DNA from: the human T2T-CHM13v2.0 reference genome, Homo sapiens
Assembly: GCF_009914755.1 (NCBI RefSeq)
Contig: NC_060931.1
DNA length: 64,000 bases
Direction: 5' to 3' (one strand)
The translations under genes were made by a program, and so were the position numbers. Below, piece by piece: positions 1 to 8,649 of the stretch. The notes under the pieces were generated by a model. It did not search any database, had not been told where the DNA came from, and saw only the letters and a list, made by a program, of their open reading frames with translations. Each line of letters starts with the position of its first letter. Within the stretch, counting starts at the first letter, position 1.

Positions 1-133
1 CTACATGAGAAAAACACAAACATTAACCAAGGTTAAAAGAAAAAACAAACAACTTGCAATATAAGCAGCTATAAACAGTGCCCTCCATGGTGAAAAATAA
101 AGTCCACACATAAGTATCCTAGCAAAAATTTCA

Positions 134-135
<2 letters not shown>

Positions 136-169
<34 letters not shown>
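136..169 (+). repeat. (AC)17 microsatellite
   Basis: Direct reading. Confidence 0.97.
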
Positions 170-171
<2 letters not shown>

Positions 172-1182
172 CTAACAGATGGATTCTAAAAAACAGCTAA
201 GCATTCCACAATCCAAATGCTCAAAAATTAATAATAAAGGTTAATTAACATTCTGGCACATGTGATATTGAGAACAACAGCAGTAATTTGGGGCAAAAGA
301 CCCTCTCTCTGCTCTCGTCCTTCATCTCATTCAACCTCTTTTTCTCAATTGTGAGCACACCCTTCTGCCTCCCCTACTCTGCAATCAAATCACAACCACC
401 CAAAACCGAGGTGTCTGCTGCAGCCCAAAACATTTGACTGATAATATCCGGTTTGCCATTCCAGGAAATCCCAGAGTGGTTTTTAAGCCTCTGCCCACCG
501 CTTGTAAAGAAAGGCAAGAGAGGAACTAATCGATACCAGCACCCCAGCTGTGACCTGGCACATGAAGAAATCAAGAAAATAAATCCCATCCATAATCTGT
601 ATAATTTAACACTTGGAAGAAAGCAACATCTGGGATCGACTCCAAGCAGGACAGTTTTGCCTGGATGGATCTGAGCTTCCTGCACTGAGTGTTAAAGCCG
701 CTTAGGAGGCGATGCCCTCGGGTCCCTCACCAGTCCAGCAAAGGGACTATCTTTTTCCCTAGCAAGGGTTAATCTACCTCCCAAAAAAGAGAAGAGTGAG
801 GAGAACGAAAATAACAACTACTAACATCTACTCCTTGCCAGTAAAGAGGCTGGCAAAGACTCCTCTGACACTTTGAAGGAGGGAAAGCTGGAAACCTTTC
901 CCAAAGGTGGGTTCAGGTCAAACTATTGTCTTGGTAATTAGTCACAATCCAGAATGGAAGCTAACGTGAAATGTGGGAATGATTTTGTTGAATCCTACAG
1001 TCCTTTCAATGGACCCCAAAGTCCTATCCCCAGGCAAAGTTGGGGAAAAAAAAAACAAAAATCCCCTCGGACTACGACTCCCTGGGAAGGCTTTCCAGAT
1101 GTTTTAAATTGCAGGAAAATGAATTTAGAACATAAGCAGATATCTACACATCACCTAAATCACTAGACCTGTCCTCAATTTT

Positions 1183-1186
<4 letters not shown>

Positions 1187-1216
<30 letters not shown>
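1187..1216 (+). repeat. (CA)15 microsatellite
   Basis: Direct reading. Confidence 0.97.
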
Positions 1217-1218
<2 letters not shown>

Positions 1219-2079
1219 GTACACCAGTCGGCAGAACAGGGCATTATAGGAAATAAAGAGTGTTAGTAAAATCCATAATGCTTTCTGTTAGACCTTCTGG
1301 GAGGTTATAATTGCATTTGGCCGGCTGCAGCCTTGTCGGAGAGCCTGGCTTCTTAATAGTCTCAACCCTAAAAGGAGTAACTGTCAAGGGGCGACCCAGC
1401 TGAAATCAAACAACAAAAACGGGAACTGTAACCCGCCTGAAATGGGAGGAGGAAAAGGAAGGGAGACTCCTGTATTCATCAGTCAACATTAATGTCCTTT
1501 GTTGTTCACCTTTACACAGAACAGCGAGAGCTATCCTGTTCCTTTTTCTCCGAACGCCAGTGTCAGGGTATGCTTTCCTAAAAGCTATCTCCCTGCCCCC
1601 AAGAACCAGGCTTTCCGATCCCCCTCCCCATTTATCACTCAGCAGCCCTGTACCGCCACACCGCCCCCACTGCGCTCACCCGGGGTCGAGAGGGTGGCCA
1701 GAAGTAAAAACACTGCTGAAATACCCGTTCTTCTCCAAAGACCAAAGAACCGAGCGGCGCAGATGTTGAAATTTACCAATGCCCCCGCCCCGCAACATAC
1801 ACACCCCATAAATCCGGGATCGCAGAGAGGGAGGAGGGTCAGAGAGGGCTCAGCTTGTCAGAGCGGCTCTCTCCAGGACCCTGCCACATTCCACACTCCG
1901 GGAATGTCGATCCGAGCCAGAGGGAAGGGTTTGCGCCTCCCTACTGTTTTGGGGGTGTTCTCTCTGCCCGAGTGTTGTTGTCTCCCTCTCCACCCAGAGG
2001 AACCGTTGCAGCTCCCTGTCGCTTTGGGGAAGAAGGGTAAGGAAGGAGAGAAACCCCATTCGCCTCCTCTTCCAACTTG

Positions 2080-2105
2080 ACACACACACACACACACACA
2101 CACAC
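2080..2105 (+). repeat. (AC)13 microsatellite
   Basis: Direct reading. Confidence 0.97.
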
Positions 2106-2408
2106 GCCCAGTCGCCACTCCAAACTCCGCAGGCAGAGCCCGAAGCTAGCGGGCCGGCCGCGCGCTCCCCCAAGCTGTCCCGGCGCTTCGGGAACCAGTG
2201 CGGGGCGCGCCGAGCAGGCGGTGCGGGGCGAGAGCCTGGTGCGCAGCCCTCTGCCTGGAGCTGGCTCGGCAAAGCCCCGTACCAGCTGCGCGATGCCAGG
2301 ATTAGGCATTTTCAACCGGGCGGAGCGAGAGGGGCGCGGGGGCAAGGACGAGAAATGCGCACTCGCTCGGGCCAGAGCAGAATAAAAGTTCGCCCCGCGG
2401 AGACTCAC

Positions 2409-2445
2409 CCACGCCGTATTTCTCGTGCTCCGTAGGTATCCACAT
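2409..2445 (-). CDS. DOCK4: DOCK4 coding exon 1 (N-terminus of dedicator of cytokinesis 4; start of the SH3 domain)
   Basis: Minus strand reads GCC-ATG TGG ATA CCT ACG GAG CAC GAG AAA TAC GGC GTG G|GTGAGT = MWIPTEHEKYGV, the recognised DOCK4 N-terminus. 37 coding nt, then a consensus phase-1 donor GTGAGT (2408-2403). Confidence 0.96.
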
Positions 2446-2650
2446 GGCTAAAGGGGCTCCGGGGTCTTCAGGCTTTGTAATCCCCGCGCCCCTTCTCCGG
2501 CTCACAACAATGCACAGTCCCCGAGCAGCGCTGCAGTGCCGGAGCCCAGCGGCTTCGCGCGGGCTGCGGGCGCTGGGCAGGATCTGCGCTGGAGGCTCCC
2601 GAGCCCAGCGTTGACACTGCGCCGCCCGCAGCTCTCCCGGCGGCGGCTGC

Positions 2651-2695
2651 TCACAGTCCTCCGACGCGCTCCCGGGTACCCGGCGGCGCAGTCAT
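2651..2695 (-). other. Candidate upstream ORF in the DOCK4 5' UTR (MTAPPGTRERVGGL*)
   Basis: The only ATG in the ~270 nt upstream of the DOCK4 start; context ACA-ATG-A (A at -3); TGA at 2653-2651. Valid only if the TSS lies upstream of 2695. Confidence 0.5.
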
Positions 2696-2794
2696 TGTTC
2701 TGATTCACTGAACTAAGCGAACACGCCGGGGCACTCTCCGGCGCACCCCCGCCCGCCAGCGCCTAGTCCAGCCCTCCCGTCCCAGGGCCCCGCA

Positions 2795-2813
2795 GCACGC
2801 TGGGAATTGTAGT
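2795..2813 (-). promoter_or_regulatory. ZNF143 (SBS, ACTACA-type) motif
   Basis: Reverse complement ACTACAATTCCCAGCGTGC is a near-perfect match to the ACTACAATTCCCAGnATGC motif enriched at bidirectional promoters. Confidence 0.85.
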
Positions 2814-2829
2814 TCTTGGCCTCCCCATC

Positions 2830-2838
2830 CCGGAAGTG
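2830..2838 (+). promoter_or_regulatory. ETS/GABPA site
   Basis: CCGGAAGTG, exact consensus, between the two first exons. Confidence 0.75.
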
Positions 2839-2857
2839 GGCGCGGCAAATGTGGTTC

Positions 2858-2866
2858 GGGGCGGGG
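2858..2866 (+). promoter_or_regulatory. GC box (Sp1/KLF)
   Basis: GGGGCGGGG. Confidence 0.7.
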
Positions 2867-2888
2867 ATTCAGTTTTACTGATTGCGTC

Positions 2889-2897
2889 CTATTGGTC
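2889..2897 (-). promoter_or_regulatory. CCAAT box (NF-Y)
   Basis: CTATTGGTC, which reads GACCAATAG on the minus strand. Confidence 0.6.
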
Positions 2898-2997
2898 CAG
2901 AGCGCGGCGTAGGTGTGGAGAAAACATTACGTCGACGGGGAGTTCGCCTCCAGTAGCGTTTCTACTGGTGCCACCCCGCCTCCGACCCGCCCTGCGG

Positions 2998-3015
2998 CCC
3001 TCCCTTTTCTTTTCT
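2998..3015 (+). promoter_or_regulatory. TCT-type pyrimidine initiator / candidate 5'TOP of ZNF277
   Basis: 18 consecutive pyrimidines (CCCTCCCTTTTCTTTTCT) with two YYC+1TTTYY matches (C at 3004 and 3009), followed by GCCGGG and the ATG. There is no AG between the tract and the ATG, so it is not a splice acceptor. Confidence 0.6.
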
Positions 3016-3023
3016 GCCGGGTA

Positions 3024-3114
3024 ATGGCTGCTTCCAAGACCCAGGGGGCTGTCGCCCGAATGCAGGAAGACCGTGATGGGAGCTGCAGCACAGTCGGGGG
3101 TGTAGGTTATGGGG
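3024..3114 (+). CDS. ZNF277: ZNF277 coding exon 1 (C2H2 zinc-finger protein 277 N-terminus)
   Basis: GTA-ATG-G (G at -3 and +4) encodes MAASKTQGAVARMQEDRDGSCSTVGGVGYG, the recognised ZNF277 N-terminus. 91 coding nt, then a phase-1 donor GTGAGT (3115-3120). The head-to-head arrangement with DOCK4 matches the known locus. Confidence 0.95.
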
Positions 3115-3303
3115 GTGAGTACGGTGCCCCGGAGGCGCGGCTGATGTGTCTTCCTTTCTCTATGACCGGGTGTGCAACGGACCTCTGGTCTGACCCTAGG
3201 AGCCCTTCAGCTCTGGGGCCACCTGGGTTCGACTGGGCCCCACGGGTGGTGGCCCAGCGGGATGGGTTGGAGCCGGTGGCGGCTACTTGGTTGGGGCTGC
3301 CCG

Positions 3304-3355
3304 GGGATGGCGGAGAAAATGCCATGGGATGGCGGAGAAAATGCCATGGAATGGC
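3304..3355 (+). repeat. 22-bp perfect tandem duplication plus a partial third copy
   Basis: GGGATGGCGGAGAAAATGCCAT twice (3304-3325, 3326-3347), then GGAATGGC. Confidence 0.95.
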
Positions 3356-4401
3356 CTTCCCCTCCGCCGGGGAAGCTCCCTGAGCGTTTGTCTTCTGGTT
3401 TGGAGCTCCCAGCTTTGAGCTAGCTGCTGAGTGGGTTTGGTTCAGATCTGGTTCGCGCGCGTGTGTTTATAATTTTGGGATTAGCAGCTCTTTCTCCTCA
3501 CCAGTACACTGCCTTGGTTTGCTTGGTTTGACCTCGCAGGTGTGTTTTATTTAGCTTCCGGAGTATTTCCAGTCGCAGACTGGTGGTCACTGCTCTCCAC
3601 TCTACAGATTTGCCCAGTTTGTGGCTGAGGTGACCTCTGAAGGGAAAGTGTGTGTATCTCACAACCTCCCTGTAGATGGTTAACTGCTCTGGGTGTTCTT
3701 CAGATTTGTATGTGGAGCCTGAGAGATCTTCCCAGTCTCTGGGTCCTTAGAGAAAGAAAAGGAAAGTGATAGATAATTTGCACTCGTGGCTTCAAAGAAC
3801 ATTTGAAAAGAGTTTTGAAAACCATCACAACTTTGGCTGTACCTGACTTTCAGGTTGTCCTCTGATCCACTGTAGGAATAAAAAACCAAATTTTGAAAGC
3901 TGCAGGTGGATTGTGTTTAGGACTCTTTTACCTTTAGTCTATCCCTCCCCCATTCCCCCCACCCCATTTTTGTCTTGATGTGTAATTTAGCACAAGTTGT
4001 CTTTTTCTGATGAACATGGTTTGGGGCTTAAATATAGTTCTCAGACTGTTGCGACTTTGTTTTTCGATTTATTTGTTTTTGCTTTCACAGTTAAATTGAT
4101 ATCATCTTAAGTATTTACCTCAGCGGCACAGAGTTGAAGTGCAGTTTTTTCCCACTTCCCAACAGTGGAACTCCCTACTCTGAAATTATTTTAGTACCTC
4201 TACCAAACAAATCTTTGGTAGTCTCCTGAGTTAAATATTGAATTTAACACCCTAATGGTTTATTTTTGGGTTGGTTATATATTGGGCTATCTGATGGTAA
4301 CAGACTATTACGGTTTCCTAGATTTTCAAAGTTCCAGAGGGCTACCAGTTTAAGATCTAAACTGGTGAATTTATCTCACAGTCTAACTTATTTTAAAAAA
4401 T

Positions 4402-4700
4402 GGCCGGGCACGGTGGCTCACCCCTGTAATACCAGCACTTTGGGAGGCCGAGGCGAGTGGATCACAAGGTCAGGAGTTCGAGACCAGCCTGGCCAATATG
4501 GTGAAACCCCGTCTCTACTAAAAATACAAAAATTAGCCGGGCGTGGTGGCGGATGCCTGTAGTCCCAGCTACTCGGGAGGCCGAGGCAGGAGAATCCCTT
4601 GAGCCCGGGAGGCGGAGGTTGTGGTGAGCCGTGATCCACCACTGCACTCCAGCCTGGGAGGCAGAGCAAGACTCTGTATCAAAAACAAAACAAAAAAAAA
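4402..4700 (+). mobile_element. Alu (AluS, Sg-like), full length
   Basis: GGCCGGGCACGGTGGCTCA start, dimeric body, A-rich tail. Confidence 0.95.
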
Positions 4701-4941
4701 GGATATGCCTTTCAAAAATGTAAAATATTTAAAAATATTTATTTTTAAATTTTACAAGTTTAAAAGTTTTTAAAAGCACTTCAAACCATTCAGAAGTGTA
4801 TGAAGTAAAAAAAATGAAAATTCCCTCACCTCACAGTACCACTCCCCGAGTATTAAGTGATAAGAGTTTGGTACATATTCTTTCCAACATATTCTTCTTC
4901 TTCTTTTTTTTTTTTTAATCCTACAATCCGTATTCTGTTAA

Positions 4942-5286
<345 letters not shown>

Positions 5287-6132
5287 TATGATTTGATTTT
5301 TATAATAAAAAGGGATAAATCCATATAAACTGAAAGATCTGCAACCTTCTTTTTTCTTTCAGCAGTCTATCATAGAAACCCTTCCACGTCAGTACATTTG
5401 TTTCCTTTTTTTTTAAGGACTGTGCCCATCATATTCCAAAATATGATTGTGCCATTCTTTATCCATTCCCTTATAAATGAACATATAGTGTGACTTTAGT
5501 TTTTCAGTAATGTTGCAATGAACAACTTTATGTACATATATTCTTGCCCACTGGTTGTATATTTTGGGAGAAAATTGCTGGATCAAAGGTTATGCAAGTT
5601 TAAAATTTTGACAGATGCCAGACTTTCCTCTTAAAATATATTCAGCATACATTGCCACCTGTAGTATATGAGTGTTCTTTCCCCCATATTGTCACAAACT
5701 TTGAGGAAATAATCCAGGACCAATGTTTCAATGACTAGTAGATTGAATTAAGTAACTGATAGAAAGCTTAGTTTTTGATTCCAGTTTGTTTTCAATAAAA
5801 GTGTTGAGTAGTAGTGAATTTGCGGTATCTATAACATAAAAAAATTTCTCACCCTCGGTGAGAAATACCCAGTATTCTCATTGACTTGTAGCAGTCAACA
5901 GGAGAAATTAATGGTTGATTTTTTATGTCATTTTTATAAGATAAAGTTGTCATTAAAAATTCTGCTTAATAACCTATGTATCATTCTGTTACTTTTTCCA
6001 AAATCTTTTCAAAGCCAACAAGGTGTGATATAAATTTTAGGTGTAAATATTTATATTAAAAGTATATTTTTTGTTAGGCAGTCATTTAGGTTATCAAGTA
6101 TGTCTTTCCCTGTAAAAATCATACACCTTTTT

Positions 6133-6475
6133 GGATGAGTTCATGTCCTTTGTAGGGACATGGATGAAGCTGAAAACCATCATTGTGAGCAAACTATCGC
6201 AAGGACAGAAAACCAAACACCACATGTTCTCACTTATAGGTGGAAATTGAACAATGAGAACACTTGGACACAGGGCAGGGAACATCACACACCCGGGCCT
6301 GTCGTGGGGTTGGGGGATGGGGAAGGGATAGCATTAGGAGAAATACCTAATGTAAATGACGAGTTAATGGGTGCAGCAAACCAATATGGCACATGTATAC
6401 ATATGCAACAAACCTCCAAGTTGTGCACATGTACCCTGGAACTTAAAGTATAATAAAAATAAAATTTTTAAAAAA
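6133..6475 (+). mobile_element. 5'-truncated L1PA (L1PA5/6-like) 3' end
   Basis: L1PA 3' UTR ending ACTTAAAGTATAATAAAA; TSD CATACACCTTTTT at 6120-6132 and 6476-6488. Confidence 0.92.
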
Positions 6476-6743
6476 CATACACCTTTTTGACTTCTTGAAA
6501 ACTGCTTCTTTTAAGAGATTTTCTTCTTGCTCTGATTAAAATGTTAGTCTGTGTGTTTAATACCCTGGGACAGTGAGGCCTAGGAAGACTTTTTATAGAA
6601 ATCCTTGCAATTCCTCAAAATCTCTGCTAGAGTGAGTCAGTGGGTGGGGTGCAGGCAGGTGCAACACTCACTGAGACCACTGTGTTGCCAGACTTCTGTG
6701 GCTCCATCCTTCTCCAAGAAGGTCCCCACATTGAGGTCAAGGA

Positions 6744-7118
<375 letters not shown>

Positions 7119-7504
7119 TGAACAGTAACCAGAATTTCAATTTGTCTCCTAAAATTAAGAACAGATAATAAATAGATTCAGCATCCCTCACGTGGTGTCA
7201 TTGGCATTTGTTCTTTTGCTGTTTTTAAAAATCAGCAAGGTAGCACAATTCAGTAATAATACATTTAGGAGGCTTTTGTGACTGAGGCTATTTCTTCTGA
7301 GTATTAATCTGTATCTCCATATTGTAATATTCTGTCAAAGTCAACTTTTTTCCCTCCGAATGGGTGTTTAGTAGTTGATGATTTTGCTAATGCTTGGATT
7401 CTGGACCTTATTATCTGATGATTTTGGTAATGTTTATCTTCCAGAGAACTTACTATCTCATGTGTGATGTCTCTGGAAGAAAGAGGGAAGGGTAGCAGGT
7501 GATG

Positions 7505-8230
7505 TAAACTCCTCATTCTTGTATTTCCTATTTCAATAAATGGCATCAAGTCTAAGCTAGAAACCTAGGAAGCATCCTTGATTCCTAACTCGCCCTCAGG
7601 TACTGAATTTGATCAGTTAGCAAGCCTTATTTTTCTGCGCCTGTAGTATATTTTGAACCTGTTCCCTCTATTCATAGCTACAGCCACTGTGCTAATTCCA
7701 TTACTAACCCTCACCATTACTGCTGAATTACCTACCTGCATCTCCCATGCCCCAGAAAGTGCTCTTGAGAACCAGTTGTATGTGTGTTTGTCAGCCTGAT
7801 TCTGTTCTTGGCACATTGTTAATGTTTAATAAGTGTTTGACCAGAATGGAATTCTAGCCTGAACGATTGCAAAACCTTCCTGTTGATCTCACTGACTCTT
7901 GACTTTACCTCCTTTAATCCACATTGTAAAACAAATATATTCATGGATCTCCACTTGAAATCTTCAGTGTAATTCTGCTACATGTATAATTAGGTCCAAA
8001 CTCTCTGTGTGGCATTTAAGATTCTAATCTACTTGTCTAGCCTCATCTTCAGTCACCCTGCTTCCTTTCCCATATCTCCATTATCCACTTACCATGTCAC
8101 ACTGTAGTTATTTTTTGGCAACTTTGTCTACCCCAGTGGACAGTGAACTTCTTGAGGTCAAGAGTTGCCTTATTTCACTTTTGTACATCCAGTGTTTATC
8201 AAAGCTGCATACAGTAAACATTGTATAACA
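7505..8230 (+). mobile_element. L2 LINE fragments
   Basis: Degenerate L2 3' motifs (AAATGGCATCA...AAACCTAGGA...CCTTGATTC; TGAACTTCTTGAGGTCAAG...TTATTTCACTTTTGTA). Edges approximate. Confidence 0.6.
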
Positions 8231-8649
8231 GTCTAATGTTAGAATATGCTTGAAATTTATTCAAGGCATTTAGAGTGGCTACTATTTTGAGCAGAGGAAC
8301 TGAAATAGAATAAAAAACTGAATAGATGTTTTATGCTTGTGAAAGGTATGCATACCAACTAAAATGCAAAATATCAGGAGGATGATATTCTGTCAAGGTG
8401 ATCATAGTTAGCATTTAAGGATAGTATTTCAGTTTTTTAAAATAAAGTTTTAATGTTGTTTAAATAATAATTACATTTTTTAAAAGAATACTTTAGATCT
8501 GGCCTTTATAACTTTAAGCCTGTAACTGAATGACCTACCACATGGACCTTGAATTCTGTCTTTCATCATCTATATGGCTGTTACCAATTTTCTACAGGCT
8601 GTCATTCTATTTCTATAAACCATTAAGTCCAGTCTCATATATTTGACAT

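Larger units (their letters stand above)
1600..3462. promoter_or_regulatory. CpG island spanning the DOCK4/ZNF277 bidirectional promoter
   Basis: Very high GC and CpG density (core ~2100-3400) against AT-rich, CpG-poor flanks; covers both first exons. Edges are approximate. Confidence 0.9.

Noticed and set aside
1499-2408. Overlapping 100-190 aa ORFs on both strands in the CpG island
   Set aside because: Expected in GC-rich, stop-poor DNA; mostly non-ATG starts, low-complexity (THTH/VCVC) stretches from the microsatellite, and no recognisable domain.
2403-3120. Both first exons end in phase 1 with Y-G and G|GTGAGT (apparent mirror symmetry)
   Set aside because: GTGAGT is a common donor and no longer inverted homology is visible; treated as coincidence.
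2913-3383. 156-aa ORF spanning ZNF277 exon 1
   Set aside because: It starts at GTG upstream of the likely TSS and reads through the GTGAGT donor; only 3024-3114 is true coding sequence.
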